A stretch of DNA of 64,000 nt, from positions 3,162,001 through 3,226,000 of the forward strand of contig CM007990.1 of the NCBI GenBank assembly GCA_002189035.1, written 5' to 3'. The notes under the pieces are model-generated. The model was not told where the DNA came from, ran no database searches, and worked only from the letters and a program-made list of their open reading frames with translations. The position numbers and the translations under genes are program-made. Of this stretch, positions 25,931-37,787 are shown one piece after another. The stretch's first letter is position 1. The number at the start of each line of letters is the position of its first letter. The stretch comes from Utricularia gibba (Eukaryota > Plantae > Magnoliophyta).

Positions 25931-27721
25931 AAAATTTTCATTCATCAATAAAAAAAAAATATAGAATTTCATCTACCAGGAAAATCCCCTTAAAAATTCT
26001 AAATAAATTTTTTTTATCTAACATAAATATTTAAAAGAAGTCTTCTTAGAGCTAAAAGGTTTCACATGATACACTATGCTATGTACATTAGATAAAGTAG
26101 CACAAATAGGACTTTTATTTAATACATAGTGAACATATAAATTCAAAATATGATAAATAGATTTTGACCTAAAAACAACGTAAAATTAGCTTCATAAGAG
26201 ATTCTAACGTGGAGTCTATAGTGGCATTGTTATCAAGATTAATTTTATAATACAATCAATAAATGAATATTCAGTGCATAGAAAAGTAATAAATAATACA
26301 ATTTGTGGACTCATGTATGGAGTAGTGAAAACCATATGATTTTCCCGTTTACACCATGCTTATCATCACATGTTAGCCCAAATTTACATTTCGTAGTTTT
26401 TTTCTTCAAGTTGTTTTCGTACAATTCTAAGCATATTTCCCCTAGACATTTTAGCAAATCCAAGCTGCAATTTAGATTGATAAAAAAGTCTTATAAATGA
26501 ATTTTTTTACATTTAAAAAATATTTTTTTATTAGCAATTAAGACAAGTATATAATCAACTTGAGCGACATTAAGATTTAATGAAAAAATAGAAATATTAC
26601 CATTCATCAATTTCAAAATCATCTATCTCATTGAACTACATGCTTTATCCTTATGCTTTTTTTCTAGTGTGACATATAAAATTTGAACTAGAATCACCCT
26701 TACTATAATTGCAGATGGCATCACAATATTTACAACATATCTTTTTTGTTTACTCATCATGAGAAAATGCTTATTTCAATTATTGGATGAAACATCTAAT
26801 TTTTTCGAGGTGAAAGATACATCTTCACCTTCATGTGAAGTGTGAATACCAGGAGAAATTTCCTCCACAATTGTAGATATTACACTTTAATATGATTTTA
26901 CTATCAAATCTTAATTGAAAAAAATATATTGATGTGACATTCTAATCTAAAGAGATCAGCAACCCACGAATAAGAAGTGATTTTGAAGCTTAGAAAGGAA
27001 CCCACCCAAATCTACCCTCAAGAGAATGGATCTCTTACAACCAGACTTTGAAAGAAAGTGAATTTAAGAGCCACCCAAATTTCCTAGTTTTTTTTTTTGA
27101 AAATACCCACTATATATAATCAATACTAAAGATCTACTCATTTAAACACTTGCTTTCAAAAACTATCACCCTTATTTGTTTTTTATTTAATAAAATTATA
27201 TAGGATAAGTAAATATTTATACTTATTATATTTTAATATCATTTATAATTCATTTTTATTTTTTATTGAATTAATAAAATTATATTTAATATATTTTAAA
27301 ACTAGTTATACGATTTAAAATTAAGTTTCTTATAATATACTAAATTGAGTTGATACAAAAATCCTAAACTTGTATTATCATAAATACTTTATTTTCATTT
27401 TATTTTATTTTTTTTGTAATGGCTCATGATTATTGTATTATAATTTGAGTGAATAAAGAACGACAAATACTCATTTAAATATACTTTTGTAATAATTTAA
27501 AACTGTATTAGTGTTTGATATAATATATAAAGAAATTACACATATTATTTACATATAAATAAAAAATAGAAATGCTATATATATTCTTAAATGAATAATA
27601 ATTATTATTTTTGATAATATGAGTATTTTTCTAAATATAATATTGAGATGGGTAAAATTATATGCAGTGGGTATGTTTTGTAAAGCATCAATGATTTCCC
27701 GGGGTGGAGATTTTTAACTGC

Positions 27722-27791
27722 TGGGCCCACATCTTGGCTTAATGCTATGGGAATGGCACTGGGAACCAATCAGCCAACATAAGATGATAAG
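27722..27791 (+). promoter_or_regulatory. Candidate proximal promoter of the small ORF: site-II (TGGGCCCA 27722-27729), CCAAT (27766-27770), I-box GATAAG (27786-27791)
   Basis: Motifs seen directly, 40-110 nt upstream of the ATG at 27834; this combination is common in nuclear genes for plastid proteins. Confidence 0.45.
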
Positions 27792-27833
27792 AGTTTGCAA
27801 ATGCCCCGTTCCGTTTGTTGATTCTGCTGTCTA

Positions 27834-28118
27834 ATGGATTGCCTCTCGATAAGATGCCTCCATTTTCCAGTCACGAGTAATAATCACCGCCGGGATCTGC
27901 CGCACCGTCGCAGCTTTCAGGCGAGCGTTGCTTTCCCGGTCCCAGTTGCTCCCATTCTTGCCGCCGCCACCCAACCGACAACCGCCGGGAAATTCTCTGT
28001 CCTTCTCCAGACGGGTGGTATTTGCTTCGTTGCCTACTGGGTGGCCAATTTCCTGGTGCCCCGATTCGTGATAAAGGACCTTCAACAACAAGACGAAGAG
28101 GAAAATGAAGAAGAATGA
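27834..28118 (+). CDS. Small single-exon protein (94 aa), probably plastid-targeted with one TM helix; function unknown
   Basis: ATG start; GC-rich non-TE sequence; S/R-rich N-terminus ending SFQA|S; hydrophobic segment FSVLLQTGGICFVAYWVANFLVP; acidic tail QQQDEEENEEE*; T-rich 3' flank. Confidence 0.65.
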   Translation: MDCLSIRCLHFPVTSNNHRRDLPHRRSFQASVAFPVPVAPILAAATQPTTAGKFSVLLQTGGICFVAYWVANFLVPRFVIKDLQQQDEEENEEE

Positions 28119-28361
28119 ACAACTGTTTAACAAGAATTCATGATTTCTCCTTTTATGGCATTTTCTAGCCTTTTTACTGGCGTTATTATTTTAGTTTGAT
28201 TCAGATATCGTGAAATCATTGCTTTCGACTCAGTTGTTGATGATGAAGTCTACTCAATCCTGTTTTCGCTTTGTTTATTAAACTGTAGAACATGTGCTGT
28301 TAGTACAAGTATAGGTGCGTGTGGTAAATACATACAACTTTGAGATTCAAAAAGAGAAGAG

Positions 28362-28650
28362 TCATGAAAACATTCCAAAACGAACTGGAACCTCTGCAAC
28401 CTTCAGCCATGATTCCCCTTGCAAGAAGGGGCCAACAGTGTAGTTCATGGCCTCGTCGCGGGTCATGATCTTGTGTCCTTTCCATTTCACTCGTTTCGAG
28501 GTGCTCGATCCCTTTCCTTTGTTGTTATACTCCCCGTAGTAAAGCGTTTTCAGAGCGAAATCACCTTCCCATTCGAGCCATCCCTCCGGTGATATCACAT
28601 CTCCTATCTGTGATTCCATCACTATTGTCTTTGAGTACTCCTTCCATGGC
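28362..28650 (-). CDS. Pectin methylesterase/PMEI, exon 4 (last)
   Basis: Acceptor AACAG|G at 28651; (R)PWKEYSKTIVMES..PEGWLEW..FALKTLYYGEYNNKG..RVKW..TGA stop at 28364-28362. Confidence 0.95.
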
Positions 28651-28771
28651 CTGTTCATCATCATGTAAATTCATCATTAGTGCGGCTTCATTTAGCTGTA
28701 TCCTATTTTTCAAGTTAATGTTGTTCAATACAGCTGATATTGTCTGAATGACTCACGGTGGACTGCATTAC

Positions 28772-29177
28772 CTGCCAAGATAACTCTTGAACTTTTCTTT
28801 CTCTGATTCAAGCTCATCGTCTGCCAGGATTTTGCAGTTCTGTAGCACAATCCCTGTGGGCTCCCTCTTATCCATCCGGCCTTGTGCAGTTACGACGTTC
28901 TTCTGATTCTTCATCGGCTTCCTCACGTAGATCATGCAGTTCTGGAAAATCGCTGCAGCGTCCCCAAAGATGAAATCAACTGTACCTGTGATGTAGCATG
29001 CTCTGTAGAATTGTCTGTGTGTTTGGGCGTAAAGTGTGTCCTGATACCCCTCCATCCGACAGTTGATGAAAACGGAGCGATCTGATTGCACCCTCAGTGC
29101 CACGGCCTGATGTTTTTCTGGTCCGGCTGTGTTACGAAAACCCAGAGACTGAGCTAAAAATCCATCCCCCACAGCAG
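28772..29177 (-). CDS. Pectin methylesterase/PMEI, exon 3 (catalytic core)
   Basis: NTAGPEKHQAVALR, YQDTLY and VDFIFG (catalytic Asp residues), SYLGR; acceptor TGCAG| at 29178, donor |GTAATG at 28771. Confidence 0.96.
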
Positions 29178-29236
29178 CTGCAGGACAAGAACAAGCGTTA
29201 CCAGTGTCCTAAAATCTTCATCTACTACATGTTTAC

Positions 29237-29397
29237 CAAATGTTGCTGTTTGATATGTTGGCACTCCATCAACATAATTCTTGCTGCCGGTAACAATGCT
29301 TTTCTGAGATCCATCTCCAAACATTGTCAAGTTTTGAAACTTTTTAGAGATTATTACGGTCTCCTCATAAACTCCTTCCTTGATATAGATCACATAT
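29237..29397 (-). CDS. Pectin methylesterase/PMEI, exon 2
   Basis: (R)YVIYIKEGVYEE..MFGDGSQKSIVTG..TATF; acceptor TGCAG| at 29398, donor |GTAAAC at 29236. Confidence 0.95.
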
Positions 29398-29471
29398 CTG
29401 CAAGAGTTCTCATCATAGCGTGGACAAAATTCGAATCAAGTGTTTGTCATGCTTGTTTTTTTTCAGGTTAC

Positions 29472-30511
29472 CTTCCTTCGTACTTCTTTGTTATAGCTTC
29501 CAGTGCTGCATTGATGGTGGTGAAATTCCCACTTCCATCCTTAGCCACCGTCACATTTGGAGTGAACCTCGCCGCATCGGCCTTCAAAACACGACGGGAT
29601 TCTTCGTCGAGCCAACTGGGAGAATGGCCGTCATCATAATGCTCTTCAGCCAGGAGCCTTCTTTGTGATTTGGCATCGGAAGTTTTGGTTTTGAAAATTG
29701 AAGACAACTGTGAAACAATAGCGAGTGCATTGCTCCCAAGTTCCTTGCTGGTATTCAAAAGCTTCTGCATTTTATCCTTCTCCGGTCCATCGGGAAACCC
29801 ATCGATGCATGTTTCCTGATAAGACAGCACCGCGCTCAGCCAGTTCTTGAGCTCTGGCGTTTCAACTTCTGAATTCTTTCCTTCGATGCTTGAAGCAGAG
29901 CTGTTGAGCTCCTCCTTGGCATCATTCAGCAAAATCAAGCAATCGCTGAGAGCAGCTTTCTTCAATGGCGAGTCGAATTTCAAACTCTCGATGTGCTTAC
30001 TAGCATTCACAATCTCCGTGGATGTAACATCAAATGAAGCCTTGATTATATCCCCTGGCTCCGGCGCAACTTTTATCTTTCCCATTTGTTTCGCAATGCT
30101 CCCTTCGCAGGTTTCCTTGTAGTCCACGGCGATGCATACCTCTTTGACGGCCGTCGCCGCCATATCTACATCAGTCGCCTTCACCGCTGCAGCATGCGTA
30201 TCTGAAGGCGATGCTGGTGAAGAAGAATGAGACGCAGAAGCCTCTGAATCAGCTGCAGAAGAAGAAGATTTTGTGGATGTGGCGGATTCTGATGAAGCTC
30301 GATGAGCCTTGTTGTGATTGCCCTTCTCCTTGGTGGATGCAGCGTTGTTCGAATTCTCATTACCCTTAACGATAATCACTGCGACGACAGATCCGACGAT
30401 GATCAGAAGAACGACGATGACGGCAACGGCGGCGGTGAGTTGACGACGGATTTTCTGGCGGCGCTCCTGCTGGCGGCGCTGAGAGATGAGGTCGAAATCC
30501 TGAAAGGCCAT
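29472..30511 (-). CDS. Type-I pectin methylesterase with N-terminal TM anchor and PMEI pro-domain, exon 1; spliced product 631 aa, resembles the Arabidopsis PME13/PME45 clade
   Basis: MAFQDFDLIS start, TM segment, four PMEI cysteines, WLSAVLSYQETCIDGF, RRLL/RRVL processing motifs, VTVAKDGSGNFTTI. Donor AG|GTAACC at 29471. Exons total 1040+161+406+289=1896 nt with an open frame. Confidence 0.96.
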
Positions 30512-30818
30512 CGGGGAATTCCTTCCTTGGCTAGGGTTGAGGATTCAGCCAAGGCCAGGGAGACTTGGGTCCGGCCCTTAGCAGCAGCGGTGGAACAGGT
30601 TGGGATAGCCGAAGGGAGATTTGGGTCCGGCGTGAATACTTAGCGAGATGTTCGGCATTTTGGTGGGGAAAAGTGAGGTTGGGAATGGAACGGAGGGATT
30701 TGAGGGCACGACCATCTTCGCATTCTTTTGCAATGGACGATTCTCCTTCATGCGCTTGCGAACTTTTTTCTCCGTCGTATGTACCATGCGCCCTCGCTTT
30801 TTGTCTTGGAAAAAGAAA

Positions 30819-30828
30819 ATATATTATA
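30819..30828 (-). promoter_or_regulatory. Candidate TATA box (TATAATATAT) of the PME gene
   Basis: Only TATA-like motif seen between the ATG at 30511 and about 30830. Confidence 0.4.
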
Positions 30829-31009
30829 CCCCCTTTAGCTAATGCTCTCTAATGAAACAAAAACCAGACCATTTTGTGCACCATAATGTGTTTTCTGGTT
30901 TTGCTATTTACCACTTTACTTCCATCTTTTTGCTACTCAATGGATCACTAATCATCAATTTTCATTGTTTTAGGTTAAATTGAAGAGTAAAGATGATTTT
31001 ATAAAGCAC

Positions 31010-31230
31010 TTCCTTTCCTCAAGGAGTACTTGATCTCCCCTCCTAATCAAACCAATCCAAGGACAATCCTTCGAACTGACAGTTTTAGATGCAACAATGA
31101 GTGCAATTTTGGTGGATATCTCCTCGAAGATCCATCAGCCTATTATTACTTGAGTTGGAGCTTAAAGCAAGCTGAAATGCACTACTTGAGTGATGAGAAG
31201 ATGATTCTAGCCCTTAAAACAATTGGGGTG
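31010..31230 (+). pseudogene. Isolated Gypsy (Tat-like) RNase H fragment
   Basis: LKEYLISPP...YYLSWSLKQAEMHY..EKMILAL matches LK.YL.SPP...YY.S..L..AE.RY...EK..LAL. Confidence 0.65.
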
Positions 31231-32861
31231 TTTTGCATTACTTATAAACAATTTAATCAAATTATAAATAGTAAACTTATTAAATAAGTGTTTTTTAACT
31301 TATAAATTATCATTTATAATTTACTTTTAAGTAATATTTTAAAAGTAGATTATTAAAATATAAAATCATGTGAAACTACTTAAATGTCCTTATATTAAAA
31401 TATAAAATGATATAATTTTTCTTTTTTTGGAACACTTCTCCAATGACTTTTTTGTGGAGGTTTCTGTTGAGTTTTTGGTTTAGATTTTCTTAAAAAGTTA
31501 TGAAAGTGATATTTGAATATAATAAATGAGTGTTTATTCATATGTGAAATTTACTTGAAATAGATGTTTATTTCCATATGAAATTTAGTATCATTTGGAA
31601 ATGATTTTAGAATTTGAGTTTTGTATTAGAACACAATATCGATTTTATATATTTTCATTGTTAAATATTATTTATGGGAGTTTTGTATTAAATCACAATA
31701 TTCAATTCCTTTATTTTTTCCATTACATCATCAAAGGATTTTTTTTTTTTTTTGTTTTGGGGCAAAGCCTATACTTATGTTTTACACTTTGGGATCCCTT
31801 TTCAATGCACTATTTTCATTGATCAGGTTCATTTTTTTTCTAAACACATAATCTTGAGCATGTTCTTATCTATTTCTTATGTTTTTTTTAATGGTGGGAG
31901 CAATCGATCTAGGGGCTGGCTTCTTTTTTTACACATGTTATTATTCTTCCTTGATGCTGTGTGCCGCTGCTTCTATGGGGAGGCATGGATATCGCTAATG
32001 CATAGCTTTCCAATCTCATAGTACTTCTTCTTTTTGACTTTTGGTGTTGGAATTTCACATTCTGGGTAAAAATAGTCATTAGCTTGCTACTGCTACAAAA
32101 TATTATTCTTTTTGACTTTTGCTACTGCAAAATAAAAATAGTCATTAGCTTGCTATAAATTTTGCTAATTTATGGTAGAATTTGTAAATTTTAGGATATT
32201 TTCTTGTTTTCATACTATATGTTAAAATTTTTATTTTTATATGTGCAATTTTTTTTATTTTATTCTTTGTTGTTGAAAGTTTATTTGAAATAATATTAAA
32301 TGTTTATATGCTGAAAACTATTGCATATATATACATTCAACAATAACTTATATACCAAACGTGGGTAAAATATTAAACTTATCTATATACTTAACTAAAC
32401 ATGTGAACCAATGCAGCCTTAAAGGACTACATCAACATCATAAATGTCAGAGTAGTCTTTCACTCAAATATTTGCACATTGGTAATCCCTTTTCTCATAG
32501 GAAGGTGCATAAAATGGGTATGGGAGCATAAGAGCAGAATATCAAGAAACAGTAAGGCCAGGCCAAGTAATATCCAATTGGTATGGGTATCCATTATGTT
32601 ATATGATGACTACAACATAATGAGTAAGCTAAGGAAACCGAGCTATCTCTTCCTCTTCTGGTGTTATCTCCCTAACTAGCATTGTTACTCTGCATTCTAG
32701 ACGTACTCTTATTCAGCATTTACCTTTAACATAGTATTGTTAGAAAAGAGTATGCAAAGAACTAGAAAATAGACATTGGTAAACTTTTGTGTTATTTTAT
32801 TCCACACAATTTATGCCACACATTACATACACTTACACGTACACTTTTATAAAAAGTATAC

Positions 32862-34053
32862 TGATGGTGATTCTGCAAGTAAACAGAAACCGTCGAAGTA
32901 ATAAAATAAGATCGTATCCATAGGGAATTGTTATTGGAATTTTCTTTTCAAAACAAAGAGTTAAAAAGACTGAAAAAAAAAAGAAAGATTTGGTTTTGAA
33001 GATAATAAGAAAAGTGGCATTGGATCTAAGATCCACCGTACTTGGAACTCGCCCTTGCGTGTGTGCAAACCTTGAGAGCTGACCTGCTTGCGCAAGCTTT
33101 GGGGTTGTTATGTTAAAATAGTGCTACTCGGTGACCGTTATAGCACCATCCCTTGTTTTTAGGGATTATGGAATCAACCACGCCATCAGAGCCATTTCAC
33201 CTATTGTGATAACCCATGTTTTCCTCACACCCAAATCTAATCCCTACACATCTCACCTCGCAGACAGATTAGATAGAATGTGTCTTACCAACGATGTCCG
33301 ATTGAACCCTTCTCCTTAGGTGCTTGAGACCAACTTTTGATTCTCCCACACTCCCTTAGGGTTATATGGTATTAAAGATCATGTTGGTAAAGAAAAAGTT
33401 GTGAAAAACAGAATCAATCCTCAAATTAAATGCTGAAAAACATAGTAAGACAGTCACACGCACAGAACTTGTGCAAGTTAGGCTTCACAGCAAATCCTCA
33501 GCCGCAAGCACTCACACGCGCATGCTTGACTCTAAACAACAAAAGTTGATGAAAAATGAAAGGAAAGACATCCAAAACATGCTAGACTCGACTCTAAACC
33601 CTAAATTGACTCTCTGATTGTCCACCTTGACTAACTCCTTTGATCTTCGCATTTGGATCTTTATATAATGATGGAGACTTGTCGGGCTTTCTTGATGGGC
33701 TCACATCAAATCTTCTATCCAGAGCTTCTAAGATTTTATACATATCTTCTAGGTTAAATCCAAGTTTTTCAAGATAAGATGCGAATCTTATCTTATGTGA
33801 GAATCTTTGACTGAATGTTCATTCGGATAGACCAAATCTTTGCCTCCATCAAGGTTAACTCGAAAATCCTCCAAATTATGCCAAAATTGTCCTGAAAAAT
33901 CACAAAACACAATTTACTTCCAAAAAGATCAGAGTAGTATAAAAGATATAAAATTCTTCTAAAAACATAAAGAAAGTGGGATAAAAAGAATGCAAAACCC
34001 ATTTAAGTGAGTCTTAAATAGCATAAATATAACTGAAATAAAATCACTTATCA
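32862..34053 (-). mobile_element. Solo LTR (Athila-like, 1192 bp) inserted in the Copia 3' LTR
   Basis: Minus strand TGATAAGTG...CACCATCA; TSD TATAC (32857-32861) / CATAC (34054-34058), one transition. Confidence 0.85.
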
Positions 34054-37000
34054 CATACATACTTATCCAAACTATGAACTACTTAGTAGATATCTTCTAC
34101 AGTTTCTCTTTAGGATAACTCCCTTGCAACTTCCTTCAACCATGACAGAACTTCTGAAAGATGGCTTAAGTCGTATCTCCAACACTTCCCCTCAAACTTG
34201 AGCCATCTTTCATACCAAACAGATCTCGCATAATAGAAAACACACATTGTGACAATAGTTTTGTGAAAACATCAGCTAACTGATTTTGAGACTTTACATA
34301 CTCCAACTCTACTTCCTTTTTCTCAACAAAATTCTTGATATAATGATACCAAGCAGCTACATGTTTACTCCTTCCATGAAAGATTGGATTTTTTCAAAGT
34401 TCAATAGTAGATTTATTGTCGATCAAAATCCTGGTAGACTATCTCTAAACAAACCCAATACTACCCAGGAGATTGCATAGCCGAATCGCTTGATAAACAC
34501 GAGTTTGATGCTATAAACTTTGCCTCACAAGTATAGAATGCTACCATTGGTTTCTTTCTACAACAACAACTAAAGCCCATGCTTCCAAGAAAGAAAACAA
34601 AATAAGAGATGCTCTTTGCATCATCCACACCTCCATCCTAGCTAGTGTCACTAAAACCAACTAGATCATAGTCATCGGAGCACTGAAACAAGTGATCAAA
34701 ACTGATGAACCTAACATATCTCAAGATTCTCTTTTCTACAATGAAATGTGTGAGTCAGAATCTCTATGAAATGACTTACCAAACTCACTACATAAAGGAT
34801 ATTTGGTATCATGCTAGTCATATATCTCAAACTTCCAACCAAGCTTTTCAAAAGTGTTGGATTTACTTGTCTAGTAGGATCATGCTGATGCAGGTTAAGC
34901 CTATTATTATTGATGTATCTACTTGCTTACAATTTTGCATATCGAATTTCTCCAAAAGCTCTGTTGCACATCTCTTCTGAGAAATAAAAATCCCATCTTC
35001 TAATTGAAAAACTTGAATTCCCAAATAATGGTTTATGAGACCTAGATTACTCATCTCGAATTTCGCTTTCATTGTTTTCTTAAATTCCTCGAATTCTGTA
35101 GGATTTGTTCTAGTAAAAATCAAGTCATCAATATACAAGCACAACAGCAGAATATCATCCAACTTATTAGCCCTTATATACAAGTCATATTCATGAGGAT
35201 ATCTTAAGAAACCATTTCCAATAGGATAATGATGAATTGTAGTATTCTAGGCACATGGTGTCTGCCTCAATCCATATAAGGTCTTGTGAAGCCTCCAAAC
35301 TTTCTTTATGTGTTTCTCTTTAACATAACTAAGAGGTTTCTCCACATATACGTCCTCTTCATGATAGCCATTTAAGAAAGCAGAATTGATGCCTAGGTGA
35401 TGTATCTTCCATTTGTATTGAGCTTCAAAAGAATGATCATCCAAATTGTTTCTAGTCGAGCAATAGATGCAAACACCTCACCAAAGTCAATTCCTACTTT
35501 CTGCTTGTACCCTTCCATCAACAACCTTGCTTTGAATCTTTCAATATTGTCATTAGAATCTCTCTTGATCTTATATACTCACTTCAAACCAATAACAATC
35601 TTATCTCTTGGTTTTGGACGAGTTGCTGGGTTGAGTTCTGCTCAATAGCATAACTTTCTTCATTCATAGAATTTCTCCATTCAGCAACCTGAACAACCTC
35701 TTCAAAAGTTAAAGGTTCAAACTCTATGAACAAGCAACAATGAGAGAAGTGGCTGATCTCATTTAGGTTTGGCTTAGTATTTGCTCTTATTCATGAAGGT
35801 TTGGTAAATCAGTGACAAAGTCATCATAGAGTCTAGGTTTTCTTGGACATGTACTGCCCTTCCAGAATCCAAGGCATCAAAACTGTTGTCGTTACTGCCT
35901 AATAGGTTGCACCTATTGATCGACAACAAATTGTTGTGGCTATACAATATCTTGTGACAACATCTATTGATATGACCAAACATCTTCATCATCATCAAAT
36001 GATGCATAGGACTCATAATGATGATTCTAATTCTTCTAGTTCCTAGGTTCTGCTTCATCAAACTCAATATCTCTGCTGATCACAATTTTATCATCTCTAG
36101 GATTAAAGATTTTGTAACCTTTGGAGAAGGAATCATAATTGCTAAATACCAACTTTTTGGAGTGAGCTTCCAACTTATCTCTTGCTTCCTTAGGAATGTG
36201 AATGTAGGCTACACATCCAAAGACACTAAAATGTGATACTCAAGGCTTCACTTGAACCCACTCTAAATCTCATGAGAAGTACGACTATTTAAACTTTCTA
36301 TGTATGACATGTTCAAGAGGTAAACAACACATGACATAGCCTCTGTCTAGAACTACTTCAGCATGTGTTTCATTATAAGCTAGATCGTACCATGTTAAGA
36401 AGCATTTGATTTCATCCTCCACCATGCCATTCTGTTGGGGAGTGTGAGCAATAGTTAGAATTCTTCTTACACCAATGTGTTCATAAATTTCATGAAGTCT
36501 ATTGAAATAATTTCCTCTCCCTTGTCTTAACGTAAAAGCCTTAATCTTCATTTCTATTTGGCATTCAACCAATGCTTGGAATTTTTCGAACACACCAAAC
36601 ACATCAGATTTCTTAGGCATGAAATAGATCCAAAATTTTCTTGAAAAATCATCTACATGCAATAGAAAGTATCTGTTATTTCCTTTTGAAATCAAATGAA
36701 TTGGACCACTCACCATGAACAAGGTCCAAAGGTTGTTTTGCTCGAAAGAATAATACTTTTAGAATGTCTTTTCTAGTTTGTTTTCCAAAACAACATCCTT
36801 CACATAGCTGATATGAAGATGAGATGAGGGGAAGTCCAATAACCAATTCCTACATGCTCATATGAGCAAAATCTTTAAAATTTACATGAGCATACCGAGC
36901 ATGCCACACCCATGATAGGTTGGAGTATACCATATTCATACATAACATTTTTTCCCTTTCTAGACTTAGAATAAACATTCGATTGGATGTCATCAAGACT

Positions 37001-37787
37001 TCAACAAGTAAGTTTCTGTTTTTATCTCTAATAGAAAAAGATCTTCCAATCATATGCATATCACAACCCATTTTCAAGAATTGTTTAAAACTGAAGATGT
37101 TGGATCTTAAATCTGGAACATAAAAAACTCTCTGACGAAGTAAAGATGATCCATTTTTTAACGTTAACAAGATTAAACCTTTGCCACATATCTTTATTTT
37201 GGAAGAATCACCAAAAGTAATCGTACCATTATAAGATTCATCCAAATCGATAAACAATGCCTTATTTCCTATCATATGATTGCTTGCCCCTAAGTAAAAT
37301 ACCAATAGTTGATACTATCTTCATTATAAGCAAGCACGAGAATGGGAGTTTCAAGTTCTTCCTTTCCTTCGGCCATGAGTGTTTGAGACTCTAAACACTC
37401 TCCCTTATTTTTGCATTCTTGTGCATAGTAGCCCAACTTATGAAAAGAATAACAATCTATTTAAGAATTGATTCTTCCTCTATGAGAAGAAGCAGCAGCT
37501 TTGTCATTATCATAATTTTGAGATGAAGTCTGAGAATTGATTCTGCCCCTACCACCACCATGAAAGCCTCCCTTGCCTTGTCCTTTGCCTAAACTCTCTT
37601 TGAGAAGAACTAGCAAATTTATGATCATTTTTGTGTGTTACCTGCCTTTACTTGTACAACCAGTTCTTAAGAATCATCTAATCTCCTTATACGCTCTCCA
37701 TGCACTTATAAGGAACCCCACAATTCCTCGAGACTCAGATCATCAATGTCGTTAGCTTCTTCTATGGCTACGATGATATGATTAAAC

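Noticed and set aside
27831-28133. Minus-strand ORFs (100 and 83 aa) over the small gene
   Set aside because: They lack coherent protein features; the plus-strand ORF has the ATG, promoter motifs and a transit-TM-acidic layout.
28882-30852. Plus-strand ORFs of 64-180 aa overlapping the PME gene
   Set aside because: Antisense shadows of GC-rich coding sequence with no independent features.
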